From IMG/VR virus record IMGVR_UViG_3300011862_000001, positions 128,001 to 192,000 of that record: a DNA stretch of 64,000 bases. One strand, 5' to 3'. Shown in pieces: positions 26,801 through 36,611 of the stretch; positions within the stretch are counted from its first letter, which is position 1; every line of letters starts with the position of its first letter. Source of the DNA: a virus (lineage: Duplodnaviria > Caudoviricetes). The position numbers were made by a program, and so were the translations under genes. The notes under the pieces were generated by a model that made no database searches, was not told the origin of the DNA, and saw only the letters and a program-made list of their open reading frames with translations.

Positions 26801-26822
26801 TACATTTGCTTACCTTTTTGTG
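26801..26822 (+). promoter_or_regulatory. TAC-N15-TGTG candidate promoter
   Basis: TTTTTAC ... TGTG at the 15-nt spacing, upstream of the GNAT/dam operon. Confidence 0.45.
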
Positions 26823-26849
26823 TAGAACACACACTTTGGGGTTTTTGAA

Positions 26850-27797
26850 ATGTATAGCATCGGTAGGGTTTTGTGGGGAAGCGATCGGGCACGCAAAATG
26901 CGTGAAGCGCTCGAACCCAACAGCGAAGCAGTAAAACAATTGAATCGCTTCTTAAAAGATGGCGAAGTCAGCGTCTTCTCGTACGCCATTGAGGGTGTCG
27001 ATTCTGGGTATTTCGCCGTGACCGGTACCCCGGATGATGCGACGCTTGTCTGTCACCACATGCAGGAAATCAAGAAAGGGGCTTTCTCCCCTATCGCGTT
27101 TCATTTGTTAATGGACCACACCGGTACCAAAGACATTATGTTGCTGTGTGAATCCGACGCCATGTACACGCGTCTGTCGCGTTATGGCTTTGTGGAGGTA
27201 GAACGCAACTGGTCAGCTGATACCCGTTTGTACCGTGACGTCACGGTGGATGCGCGTATCAAAGAGGTCACTGGCCTTGACAGTCACGATGTCACACCAA
27301 ACGACGTGCAACAGATGTTGCGTATCATCGGCTTTACCATGCTCGATGAAGCCCAGGGTGACCCGTTCGGGCGCAGTATCTTCAGTAGCCTGCTGCCGGA
27401 AGAAGTGATTGAACGGGCGCGTATGGGACATTACCGCACCTTTATCTGGCGCGAGGACGGCATCATCAAAGGACTGGCACAGCTTGAGTACAACACCTGG
27501 GATGGTGTGTCATTGACTGGTCTGGGCGTTGATGCCAATTATCGTAAGGCCCGTATTGGACGTAACCTGGTGGCGAAGGTCTTGCAAATCGCCGGGGAAA
27601 CCCACGAAGCCTTACTGGCCACGTCGTTTGTCAACAACGGTGCTGCGACACACTTGTTTGGTAACGTATTACGTTGGTCTTCACTGGCCATGACCATGGG
27701 AATCCAGTTCCAACCTGAGGCGGTAAGCTGGAAGCGTACCAAGAATAAACTGGGTTTGGCATCCAACCACATTGGACCTACCCTCGAAGAGGTATAA
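26850..27797 (+). CDS. tandem-GNAT acetyltransferase
   Basis: C-terminal motif A LGVDANYRKARIGRNLV and NNGAATHLF; N-terminal domain ends LSRYGFVEV. Confidence 0.7.
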   Translation: MYSIGRVLWGSDRARKMREALEPNSEAVKQLNRFLKDGEVSVFSYAIEGVDSGYFAVTGTPDDATLVCHHMQEIKKGAFSPIAFHLLMDHTGTKDIMLLCESDAMYTRLSRYGFVEVERNWSADTRLYRDVTVDARIKEVTGLDSHDVTPNDVQQMLRIIGFTMLDEAQGDPFGRSIFSSLLPEEVIERARMGHYRTFIWREDGIIKGLAQLEYNTWDGVSLTGLGVDANYRKARIGRNLVAKVLQIAGETHEALLATSFVNNGAATHLFGNVLRWSSLAMTMGIQFQPEAVSWKRTKNKLGLASNHIGPTLEEV

Positions 27798-28616
27798 ATG
27801 CAACGTTCAATGTTAAAGTGGGTCGGCGGGAAAGGACGCGTGATTGGCCACTTGCGAAAGGTCTTACCGGAAGCGAGCTGTCTGGTTGAACCGTTTGTTG
27901 GTGGTGGCTCGGTGTTTCTCAACACCCACTACGACCAGTATCGGTTGTCGGACAGTAACCCGGATTTGATTCTGTTGTTCCAGGTGGCAAGTGTCGCCCC
28001 CCACGACCTGATTGAAGCCTGTACCGAGTTATGGGCAAAAGGCAACAATGGCGCATCCTACAACGACATTAAAGCCGAGTTCAATGAGAAGCGTATCGCC
28101 GTCGAAGACAGTATCGACCGGGCTGCCATGTTCTTGTACTTAAACCGCCACGGCTTTAACGGCTTGTGTCGTTATAACCAATCGGGAGGCTATAACGTCC
28201 CGTACGGCAAACACACCAACCCTTATCTGCCACGAGAGGAGATTCAGTTCTTTTCGAAGAAGTGTCGCGAGCACGAGGTTCACATCCGTTGTGAAACCTT
28301 TGAAGACTCGCTGGCGAGTGCGCCGGCAGGCTCAGTGATTTATGCTGACCCACCGTACGTACCGACCACGAAAACTGCCGCCTTTGCGCAGTATCACAAA
28401 GAGGCGTTTAACCAACACCATCATCGACTGTTGGCTAAGCTGTTGAAATCCACAACTGAACGCGGTTGTAAGGTGGTGCTGTCGAATTCTGACACGCTGC
28501 TGACTCGTGATATCTATTACGGGTTTGACTGGGTCTCGGTACAAGTGGGTCGTTATATTGGTGCTAAAGCCGATAAACGCGGCAAGGTCAATGAACTCAT
28601 TGGGATTTTAAAATGA
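27798..28616 (+). CDS. dam: Dam-like DNA adenine methyltransferase
   Basis: LKWVGGK, EPFVGGGSV, FLYLNRHGFNGLCRYN, DPPY. Confidence 0.95.
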   Translation: MQRSMLKWVGGKGRVIGHLRKVLPEASCLVEPFVGGGSVFLNTHYDQYRLSDSNPDLILLFQVASVAPHDLIEACTELWAKGNNGASYNDIKAEFNEKRIAVEDSIDRAAMFLYLNRHGFNGLCRYNQSGGYNVPYGKHTNPYLPREEIQFFSKKCREHEVHIRCETFEDSLASAPAGSVIYADPPYVPTTKTAAFAQYHKEAFNQHHHRLLAKLLKSTTERGCKVVLSNSDTLLTRDIYYGFDWVSVQVGRYIGAKADKRGKVNELIGILK

Positions 28617-29416
28617 AACTACGTCAATACCACGTCAGCGACGACCAGATTATTGTGGATTTTAATGGTCGACCAGCCCGCCTTGAAAAGGTATGGGATG
28701 CCATTAAACGCCTACGTGGCTTGAGTGACCATGACGAACACTACCTGGTGGTCTCTAACACTGACCGGGTATTGATGTACTTTACCGGCCAGCGGAGTGG
28801 CCAACACTACTATATCAGCGGGATTACCCCATTGTCCGATAAGCCCTTTCGCCAATGGAAAGCCCTGCAACGTGAACTGGACGTACGCTATCTGGAATTG
28901 GTGGCGGATGGCAAAGACGGCCGTGAGTTGGAGTCCATGATGACCGGGCTTGGGTTGAAACTGGTCAGTAAACGCATCGAGTTTACGATTAGCGACCCAG
29001 AGCGTGTGCATTTTGACGTCGACGGTGTCCAGCAACAAGACCACACTTCGCTTGAAGAGATTGTGGCACTGTGTGAACTGGCCCGTTGTGTGATGGATGA
29101 CCCGGAAGACTTACTGGCCAATGCCGCAGCAGGAGCGATTGATGTTCAGTTGCGTCTTACCGAGCGCGTGTTAACAAGTGCTTTGTTTTACAGCACCCTT
29201 AACGAGAAGACCCTGGTAAGTGAAGGTTTTATCTCGGCCTATCGGGTAGGGTCAATAGATTACGCGCAAGAGTTTGTTCAGCATTTCCATGCCTTACTTG
29301 TGCGTTGTGCGAAAGAAAAGAAAAGCTTGTCCATTGCCTTGGCTGCCGAGGCGACGATACCCCCGTATGACGGTATCAAGCACGAGGTAGTCACGTACCA
29401 CTACTCAATCGCATAG
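28613..29416 (+). CDS. hypothetical protein, possibly degenerate tandem GNAT fold
   Basis: MMTGLGLKLVSKRIEF resembles a GNAT C-terminal strand; size similar to neighbours. Confidence 0.6.
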   Translation: MKLRQYHVSDDQIIVDFNGRPARLEKVWDAIKRLRGLSDHDEHYLVVSNTDRVLMYFTGQRSGQHYYISGITPLSDKPFRQWKALQRELDVRYLELVADGKDGRELESMMTGLGLKLVSKRIEFTISDPERVHFDVDGVQQQDHTSLEEIVALCELARCVMDDPEDLLANAAAGAIDVQLRLTERVLTSALFYSTLNEKTLVSEGFISAYRVGSIDYAQEFVQHFHALLVRCAKEKKSLSIALAAEATIPPYDGIKHEVVTYHYSIA

Positions 29417-29424
29417 GAGGTTCA

Positions 29425-30222
29425 ATGCCTAATGTCCGCCTGGTGGAAGAAACCAACAAGCTATTTGACCTTAATTGGCTCAAAGAGGTTAACTGTGAGT
29501 TTTTTCAAGAAACGGCGGCCCGTTACCACCGTACAGAAGGTCCAGTGTTGCGTATCTTCGGTTACTTTATCAACGAAGAACGTGCCCTGACTTTGCTGGT
29601 TCAGGACTCGGTGTTTATGCTGGAGATTCTGGCCATTACCCGGGTAGAGGGAATGGCGGTACGACGGGTTATTGACCGGCTTCTGCGTTATACCAATCGT
29701 CCGAGTGTTGTCAGTTATAGCTCAGTGTACGACGAGACGTATATCTCAATGGGGTTACCAATCAGTACGGTTAACTACGCACGCCCCATTGTTCCAGGCC
29801 CGGTACCCGATCCCGAACGGTTTACCCTGAATGTAGGGCAACTGTTCCGTAGTCAAAAATCGTTTGTCAATATGGCAATGTCCATATTCCAAAACTCCGG
29901 TGCGGTGCACCGTGCGTTGACCGAAGGAGGCAAGCTGGCGCTACTGGTACTCGAAAGTGGTCGTCAGATATTGACTCTGATAAGTCGTGGCGAGAAACGT
30001 TGGATAGTTTCCGCACCCTTTTATTCAGACGACCATAGAGAGCCGTTATCCGATCGTGACTTCTCGCGAGTAATGTCTAATATCCTGGCAACCCTGAACA
30101 AGGGGGATATGTTGGTATACACCTCGCGAGTGAATGGGCGTGACAATCGGGTTATCTGGCTTATCAGCCATGGCTTCGTTCCTGAAAGCTACATGTATGA
30201 AAAGACTATCGAGGTATTGTGA
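29425..30222 (+). CDS. hypothetical protein, possibly degenerate tandem GNAT fold
   Basis: YISMGLP..YAR at mid-protein and WLISHGFVPESYMYEK at the end; AGGAGG RBS. Confidence 0.6.
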   Translation: MPNVRLVEETNKLFDLNWLKEVNCEFFQETAARYHRTEGPVLRIFGYFINEERALTLLVQDSVFMLEILAITRVEGMAVRRVIDRLLRYTNRPSVVSYSSVYDETYISMGLPISTVNYARPIVPGPVPDPERFTLNVGQLFRSQKSFVNMAMSIFQNSGAVHRALTEGGKLALLVLESGRQILTLISRGEKRWIVSAPFYSDDHREPLSDRDFSRVMSNILATLNKGDMLVYTSRVNGRDNRVIWLISHGFVPESYMYEKTIEVL

Positions 30223-30986
30223 TGCGTGAGATTACAAAAGAAGTCGAAGACGGTACGTACGACAAGCCGATGGGTCGTGGCGTACTGCGTATTCGCTCGT
30301 GGGAAATGAATGAGGGTGAAACCAAACACATCCTCGAATTAGGCGGTGGCCATTTTGCGTATGTACGTCGCTATGGCAATTCAGCGCTTATTGCTGATGC
30401 CGATGTGCCGAACGCCGAGCTTCCGTTGCTGGCAGGAATGGCAGACCTGCTGGACGTAGACGATGTCTTTATCTACACACACAACGACGAACTGGAACTG
30501 CACACCAAGCTTGGCTGTGTGTGGCGCTCAGTGCGGATGTATAAAGAAGGCGGTTACGAGCTCCCCCGTCCGGAGGGGCTTGAAATCGATACCGTGTTAA
30601 GCGAACCTGAACGTGAGAAGCTCTTTAGCATGGCGGAGCGCTTTCCACAGATGAAGATATTCGTCAGGCAAGTAGGACAGGGCACGGCCATGGTGAACCG
30701 CCTACCAAGTCCACACGGTGACGCGTTGCTCTTTACCACCCAACTCGGTGACCCCCAAGCCATTACGCTTGCTGGGTGCCATGCAAAGTCCGGGCAAGAC
30801 CTGGTACGTGCGCTGGATGCTTTTAACTATTTAACCGGTCAGTACGCGTACGGTTGTTACACCGATGAAGTCGAAGACGGTGAATTAACTGACCAATTGA
30901 AATACTTATCCACGTTAGGCTTTACCATTCAAAGTTACATTTACTCGATCCCTCGTACCCCTAAAGGAGAAAACCATGCAAATTAA
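30219..30986 (+). CDS. hypothetical protein, possibly degenerate tandem GNAT fold
   Basis: HTKLGCVWRSVRMYK at mid-protein and YLSTLGFTIQSYIYS at the end. Confidence 0.6.
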   Translation: MMREITKEVEDGTYDKPMGRGVLRIRSWEMNEGETKHILELGGGHFAYVRRYGNSALIADADVPNAELPLLAGMADLLDVDDVFIYTHNDELELHTKLGCVWRSVRMYKEGGYELPRPEGLEIDTVLSEPEREKLFSMAERFPQMKIFVRQVGQGTAMVNRLPSPHGDALLFTTQLGDPQAITLAGCHAKSGQDLVRALDAFNYLTGQYAYGCYTDEVEDGELTDQLKYLSTLGFTIQSYIYSIPRTPKGENHAN

Positions 30987-31254
30987 TCGTACTCTGTCTC
31001 GCTCTAAAGAAGTGGTCTATGCGATTGGCGATACCACCCCGCCGGATTTCCACGCAGTGATTGATGAAAACCATTCCCTGCTGATTGTTTACCCGTTTGA
31101 TGAAGTCACCCGTCCGCATCAGCGTGCTATTGATAAGCTCATTAGCAAAGCTAAAGCCCGTGACGGCATCAAAGACCACCAGATGTTCCTCGGTAAAGTT
31201 CTGGTGGAAGAAGCGGGCGAGTTGCTGATTACCCGCAACGTGCCAAACGAATAA
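30976..31254 (+). CDS. hypothetical protein
   Basis: 92 aa; AAGGAG RBS. Confidence 0.7.
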   Translation: MQINRTLSRSKEVVYAIGDTTPPDFHAVIDENHSLLIVYPFDEVTRPHQRAIDKLISKAKARDGIKDHQMFLGKVLVEEAGELLITRNVPNE

Positions 31255-31301
31255 TCGTGTATAGGGTCATTGTATGACCCTTAACCTAAAGAGGAAGCAC
31301 G

Positions 31302-31787
31302 ATGGAAGTTATTGACTTCGAGCAGTTGCCTCAACATGACTTCGATCTCCGCGTACGTGACGAAGCCGATAAGTCCCCGCAACTGCTCATGGACCGCTAT
31401 TACGCTATGCTAACCGGCGATGAACGCCAGAATGTCAGCCTCGATGATTTCGAGAAACTGCTCTCTGGTCTTATCGGCACCAACGCCTCGCATGTGGCTT
31501 TACTGCATGAACTCAACTTCACTTCGGTAGAACCGCTCGATGCGCAAATGATACTGTCCGAGAGCATCATCCCCAACGATGACATCCTCGATACAGTAGC
31601 CGGGTTACGTGCAGGGTTTGATGAAGCGGCGGAAGCCTACGCGGAGCAACTGCGCGAGACCGGTAAAACGTTTGTGGCACCGGTTGACCCGAACCCAACA
31701 GAGCAAGAAACTGACGCGGCCATTCAGCGCCTGGCTCGCTATGTTATCACCAGTGTCCTGGTTGATGACCGCGAAGCAGACGTGTAA
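31302..31787 (+). CDS. acidic hypothetical protein
   Basis: 161 aa; GAGG RBS; preceded by a TGTATG-containing hairpin. Confidence 0.75.
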   Translation: MEVIDFEQLPQHDFDLRVRDEADKSPQLLMDRYYAMLTGDERQNVSLDDFEKLLSGLIGTNASHVALLHELNFTSVEPLDAQMILSESIIPNDDILDTVAGLRAGFDEAAEAYAEQLRETGKTFVAPVDPNPTEQETDAAIQRLARYVITSVLVDDREADV

Positions 31788-31790
31788 TTC

Positions 31791-31830
31791 AAGACCTACC
31801 CTTCGGGGTAGGTTTTCTTTTTTTATTTTT
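31791..31830 (+). terminator. intrinsic terminator
   Basis: ACCTACCC-TTCG-GGGTAGGT plus T-tract. Confidence 0.85.
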
Positions 31831-31832
31831 TA

Positions 31833-31854
31833 TACAGCAACACGTTTGTATATG
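31833..31854 (+). promoter_or_regulatory. TAC-N15-TATG candidate promoter
   Basis: TAC 31833-35 and TATG 31851-54. Confidence 0.5.
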
Positions 31855-31883
31855 TACAAACCAAACACAAGAGGAAATACAGA

Positions 31884-32219
31884 ATGTGGCTTAGCGCTAT
31901 TCACAAAGACCTACCGAAAATCGTTGACTTTGGGCACTCGGTAACCGGTGACCCGCAAGACGAACCGGTTCAGGTTGACGTTGGCTTGGCAAAATTCGAT
32001 CGCATGGAAGAAGGCCAGTTTGTGGTTCTGGATGCGGAAGAAAACGAATACATGTTGTTCCACCCCGAAGTGGATACCACGGATGTGGTTGATGGTGTCT
32101 GGTTGGCCTCCTGGCAGAATCAGGCAACCGGTCAATGGATGTGGGCAGTGGCGCACTGCACCGGCCCGAACAGTTTCACCCTGGACAGCAAACATCACGT
32201 TGAACCCAAGCCTCACTGA
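31884..32219 (+). CDS. hypothetical protein
   Basis: 111 aa; GAGG RBS. Confidence 0.7.
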   Translation: MWLSAIHKDLPKIVDFGHSVTGDPQDEPVQVDVGLAKFDRMEEGQFVVLDAEENEYMLFHPEVDTTDVVDGVWLASWQNQATGQWMWAVAHCTGPNSFTLDSKHHVEPKPH

Positions 32220-32254
32220 TCCGCTCCAGGTCATGCTCTAACGAAATTCTTTTC

Positions 32255-32275
32255 AGATAGATGTTATTAAGGGGA
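32255..32275 (+). promoter_or_regulatory. phiKZ-type early promoter motif (variant)
   Basis: AGATAGATGTTATTAAGGGGA followed by the GGGGAGA/TCTCCCC hairpin. Confidence 0.6.
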
Positions 32276-32316
32276 GAACTGTTATCTCTCCCCCATTTCC
32301 CTGAAGGAGTTTTATC

Positions 32317-32823
32317 ATGCATTACACTCATCGCGTTCATGCCCGTAACAAAAACATCTTGTTCCTGGTAGACTTGTCGTCAACGGAGTTTTACCCGAAG
32401 CCGCTCGTCATGAATGTGGCAGGCTACGATGCCAAACATCTGCGTAAAGGGGTGTTAGTGGGTTTTAAAGGTTTACCGAAACCGGCTAACCTGCACTATG
32501 CCCGCGACAACCAAACCCTTAAGTTAACCCGCGTAGGTGAGCTTCCTAAATCCAAGCCGGATGTGGCTCCACGCTTTATAGTCGTGAAGCGCGAAGGCAG
32601 TGTGATTTACTACAAGCTGCTTACCAAAGAAGACTCTACGGTCAAACGCCATTTCGAAGATGAGACGGCCCCCATTGTTACAATGGACTTGGAAGGCTAT
32701 GCGTATCGTTGCATTCACAAACGGATTACCTTCTATTTTGAAAATAAGCATCTCCCGGGTGATATTCGCTTCTATACCCATAACCGCCTTGAACCGCGTA
32801 AGTTAGAACGGCGTACTTATTAA
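32317..32823 (+). CDS. hypothetical basic protein
   Basis: 168 aa; AAGGAG RBS. Confidence 0.75.
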   Translation: MHYTHRVHARNKNILFLVDLSSTEFYPKPLVMNVAGYDAKHLRKGVLVGFKGLPKPANLHYARDNQTLKLTRVGELPKSKPDVAPRFIVVKREGSVIYYKLLTKEDSTVKRHFEDETAPIVTMDLEGYAYRCIHKRITFYFENKHLPGDIRFYTHNRLEPRKLERRTY

Positions 32824-32825
32824 CT

Positions 32826-32864
32826 CTACTCGCCTTTTTTGGCGAGTAGGTCATTTAATTTTTT
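32826..32864 (+). terminator. intrinsic terminator
   Basis: CTACTCGCC-T6-GGCGAGTAG plus T-rich tract. Confidence 0.65.
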
Positions 32865-32889
32865 AGGACAGTAAAAAGGAGTGGTACCT

Positions 32890-33348
32890 ATGTTCGAGAA
32901 CTCCGTTGTTAGCGAAAAAGAATTAACGGAATTCCGGCAGCGGACGCAAGAGATGATTGACAATGGTCAGATGGCACGTAGCCGCCTGAAAGAAGCCATT
33001 GCCCATTTCCAGCAAGTGCCGGACATTGCCACCGTGTGGTCGTGTGAAGGGATGATACGCGTTGAGAAAGGAAAACCGCGTACCCGTACCCCGCATTACA
33101 TGACCTTTGTGGTGACTGAACGTGGTCTTAAAATGCTGCAAGCGATTTATGCTGCCTGGCAGACCACGCAAGACGGAGAGCGCATCACCATGACGTTCGG
33201 CCGTCCTCAGCATCAGAATCGCCCTGACACTACGTATCCGGCCTGGACTGTGAAGCTCAATCGCCGTCCAGACGATGACGTGGTAGACCGGGTCTGCGAG
33301 TTTTGGGAGTTCTTAGCCCGGGCGTTAGCAGAGAGTGATGATTTTTAA
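32890..33348 (+). CDS. hypothetical protein (TVWSCEG motif)
   Basis: AGGAG RBS before the ATG at 32890. Confidence 0.7.
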   Translation: MFENSVVSEKELTEFRQRTQEMIDNGQMARSRLKEAIAHFQQVPDIATVWSCEGMIRVEKGKPRTRTPHYMTFVVTERGLKMLQAIYAAWQTTQDGERITMTFGRPQHQNRPDTTYPAWTVKLNRRPDDDVVDRVCEFWEFLARALAESDDF

Positions 33349-33400
33349 CAACACCAACCCATCTTGTAGTAGAACCCCATTGAAGGAGAATCCTGGTAAC

Positions 33401-34057
33401 ATGGCTAAGCAGAAAAAAGCGCGGAATAAAAAATATAACCCGAAACAAGCCCACGCGGAAACCGCCCGCACGGTCACCGAAAACGCTCTGGGTCGTATCT
33501 CATTTATTGGTGCGTCTAACCGCCGTTTACAACCGTACGGCGGCCGTGGCTTCCAGTACACCGTGACGCGTGATGTACGTGTCACTGCCAGCGCTGCTTT
33601 AGCGGAAACCTTGTTTGAAGATACCCGCACTTGGCAGTTATGGATGTGCCATTTTGCTAACGGTGCCGAAGGCGTCGAAGCAACCTCAGCCGTGTTGTCA
33701 CTGGATGACTACACCCTGAACGATTTTAACGAGCATATCCAAACTCTGGTTGACCACACTAAGCCAGAAGAAGTTAGTGAAGAAGACTATATTGGTTTTG
33801 CGTTCTTCTGCTCGCCGAACCAACGTTACGACTTCGCTAACGAAACCACCGATCAGCGGTTGATTGAAAACTTTATGGCGTCCGGTGTGCTTGAAACCGA
33901 AACCCATATTCCGTTAACCGTCTGGCCACGTACCCGCGAAGAGCTGATTATCAGCCTGATGGCCGACCATCAGAAGTTTGATGCCAGCGTAAGCATTGTG
34001 CGTGGTGTCGGTGACGATTATCACATGGTCTCCAAACACGTTCTTGAAGGTGAATAA
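33401..34057 (+). CDS. hypothetical protein
   Basis: AAGGAG RBS; basic N-terminus AKQKKARNKKYNPK. Confidence 0.75.
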   Translation: MAKQKKARNKKYNPKQAHAETARTVTENALGRISFIGASNRRLQPYGGRGFQYTVTRDVRVTASAALAETLFEDTRTWQLWMCHFANGAEGVEATSAVLSLDDYTLNDFNEHIQTLVDHTKPEEVSEEDYIGFAFFCSPNQRYDFANETTDQRLIENFMASGVLETETHIPLTVWPRTREELIISLMADHQKFDASVSIVRGVGDDYHMVSKHVLEGE

Positions 34058-34635
34058 TGAACCCGATTAAACATTTGGTGCGGCGCTTTATTTCTGCCCC
34101 ACCTGCTCCACACAGCGAAGGTGCACGCTACAGTCAAATCGTTAGCGATTATTTTAAGGCCGGTAACCACAACGTGGTTGAGTTGTGTGATGCCATTGGC
34201 ATGACGCCAAGACAACTCTACTTCGCCTGTGATGATGACTCGGTGAAAGCGAGCATCTTACCGCGCTTGCCAGAAAGCTTGCGCCGCGAACTGACGATGG
34301 AAATCTGCTGTCGCATCTTCAGTGAGCAACCGGTCACGTTAGCCACCGTGTCCGCCGGGCGGATTGAGCATCTTGCGTTTCATAACCTGAAAGAGCTCTT
34401 AAAGCACGTAACGGACCTCCAGGAAACTACCCAGGTGACGGAAAACCTGAAAGTCACACCACCAATTCGTGCGTATATTCATACCCTCGTGCCACCCAGT
34501 GTCCGCTTAGAACTCAAACTGCCGAGTCATGATAAGCCCCTGGGAATCATCGAGAGTATCACCCGCGACCAACTTAACTTGCTGATGGTGAACTATGGAA
34601 AACTTAACCCCCGTGGAAATCGTCAAAGTTTTTGA
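34057..34635 (+). CDS. hypothetical protein with possible HTH
   Basis: NVVELCDAIGMTPRQLY resembles an HTH. Confidence 0.6.
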   Translation: MNPIKHLVRRFISAPPAPHSEGARYSQIVSDYFKAGNHNVVELCDAIGMTPRQLYFACDDDSVKASILPRLPESLRRELTMEICCRIFSEQPVTLATVSAGRIEHLAFHNLKELLKHVTDLQETTQVTENLKVTPPIRAYIHTLVPPSVRLELKLPSHDKPLGIIESITRDQLNLLMVNYGKLNPRGNRQSF

Positions 34636-36349
34636 CCAGTATGTCTACGGACAATCACTGGCGAAAAAGATGTTGGCGATTGCCTTGCGTAACCGTATCC
34701 GTATTGCTCAGTTAACGCTGGGCGATCGGGGCAGTGTGCGTAAGCAGAACCTGTTACTGATAGGCCCGACAGGTTCCGGGAAAACGGCATTAATGCGTGT
34801 ACTGCGCACCCAATTCGGATTGCCGGTACTGGAACTTGACATGACCGGTTTCTCTGAGACCGGTTACGTGGGCCGTAACGTTAACACCATCGGTGATGAC
34901 CTGATTGGCTTATCGCAGGCCACCGCCTTACCGGACTGGTACGTGACACTGCGTACCGGGATGGCCCTTGAGCAGGACAACAAGGAAGCGCCGCGTTATA
35001 CCGCCGAAGAGTGGGAAGTGAAACGTCGTGAGGAACAAGAGTCGGAATATCGTAAGCACGCGAGTGACGCAAAGCTTTATCGTGAAGCCAAAAAGGCCCA
35101 CGAAGCTAAACTGAAATCCCTCGGTCTGTTTCCAAGCGACGAAGAATACAAGCTGCTTCAGAACATCTATTACATGCGGGCCTTTCTGGTGGGGTACTGC
35201 GCACTCAAAGAGATTGAATACGATGACTTTGATTTGCGTGAGCTCGAAATTACCCCGGGCACAAGCCTAGGTCAGGCAGCTCAAAAGGCACACGCGTTGT
35301 TTGAAAAGCTGACCGGCAAGACCTTCACCAGTCCGGATGATTTGGATGTGAACGATACCGACGTCGATTTCGAAGAAATGCTGGAAACCAAACCGGAACT
35401 GTTAGGTGAGTTCATGGGTTTCGTCGGGTCAGTGGCTCCGCTTGTAACCTATGTGAACAAGGGCCTCGAGCTGCTCGGCAGTAATCCCGTTGCGGCTTGT
35501 GTCTCCGGCAGTGACTGGTTTGATGCCGCGTTTACGTTTAACGGCGAAGAAGAACGTCTTCCGCCGGGTATTGAATGGCGCTATTTCGATCAGAATCACT
35601 TCTTTCTCGAGATGGCAGTGCACTTATCGGTGGATGAGGGGTATCGTGACCTTATGGAGTCTTTCTGGTCAGTACGCGATTTCACGGAATTCGCCGACGA
35701 GAAACTCTGGACCGTTAAGGTCGAGTCACCCAATGACACAGCGCGTAAACGTAGCACCTCAGTTATCACGAAAAAAGAGCTGGCAGCACTTGACAACTGC
35801 AACGGCAAAGATTTCGTGGAAAACTTCGGGGTCGTGTTCCTCGATGAGTTCGACAAACTGATTGAAACCGATACCACCGGACGTACGCACGTTTCCCGCA
35901 GTGGGGTACAACGTAGTTTACTGAAGATGGTGGAAGGGGGATTGTACAGTGGTATCAACACAACCAATATCCTTTTTGTGGCTGCTGGGACGTTTGCTGA
36001 AGCGCCTGTTTCTAAACTCCTACCCGAACTCCAGGGACGCTTCTCATTAAGAGCGAACCTTGAGAAGCTAGATGCCAGTGCCATCAAAGCTATCTGTCGT
36101 CTGCCAAGCAGCGAGTTCCACGCTATGATTAAGCTTTTGAAGATTGAAGGTGTTAGCGTCCACTACGATGACGACACGTACAACTTCATTGCCGAACAAA
36201 CCGTGGAAGCCAACTTACACGATGACCTCGGTGCTCGCCGCTTAGCGGCCATCGTAGAATCGATTTTCCAAGAAGCGCTGTTCGAGCCGGAACGTTTTCT
36301 CGAGCGCGGCTTTGACATTACAGGAGTAAAGGTACGTGGAACAAAATAA
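34595..36349 (+). CDS. hslU: HslU/ClpX-family AAA+ ATPase with unusual insertion domain
   Basis: GQSLAKK..ALRNR, GPTGSGKT, ETGYVG pore loop, FLDEFDK, GVQRSLL..VEG, PELQGRF, LGARRL. Confidence 0.85.
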   Translation: MENLTPVEIVKVFDQYVYGQSLAKKMLAIALRNRIRIAQLTLGDRGSVRKQNLLLIGPTGSGKTALMRVLRTQFGLPVLELDMTGFSETGYVGRNVNTIGDDLIGLSQATALPDWYVTLRTGMALEQDNKEAPRYTAEEWEVKRREEQESEYRKHASDAKLYREAKKAHEAKLKSLGLFPSDEEYKLLQNIYYMRAFLVGYCALKEIEYDDFDLRELEITPGTSLGQAAQKAHALFEKLTGKTFTSPDDLDVNDTDVDFEEMLETKPELLGEFMGFVGSVAPLVTYVNKGLELLGSNPVAACVSGSDWFDAAFTFNGEEERLPPGIEWRYFDQNHFFLEMAVHLSVDEGYRDLMESFWSVRDFTEFADEKLWTVKVESPNDTARKRSTSVITKKELAALDNCNGKDFVENFGVVFLDEFDKLIETDTTGRTHVSRSGVQRSLLKMVEGGLYSGINTTNILFVAAGTFAEAPVSKLLPELQGRFSLRANLEKLDASAIKAICRLPSSEFHAMIKLLKIEGVSVHYDDDTYNFIAEQTVEANLHDDLGARRLAAIVESIFQEALFEPERFLERGFDITGVKVRGTK

Positions 36350-36611
36350 CAACGGTCTCGTCAAAGGTTACTACAACACGCCAACCGACCCGGCGTTTAT
36401 CACGGCACTGGGCAGAATCCATGAACTGGCACGTAAACGTGAAGTGTGCTACGGCCTGAATTACGGTGAGGCGCAAGACCAGTGGTACTTCACCGTCAGC
36501 TCTATGGCCAGCTGTGAAAACTTTGTCGGTAAAGATCGCTTACTGAGCTTTGCTGTAGAAGACGTTATTGAACATTTGGAAAATTTGGGGAAGGGTAATG
36601 GAGCAGAATAA
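36336..36611 (+). CDS. hypothetical protein
   Basis: 91 aa; GTG start overlapping the hslU stop. Confidence 0.65.
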   Translation: MEQNNNGLVKGYYNTPTDPAFITALGRIHELARKREVCYGLNYGEAQDQWYFTVSSMASCENFVGKDRLLSFAVEDVIEHLENLGKGNGAE

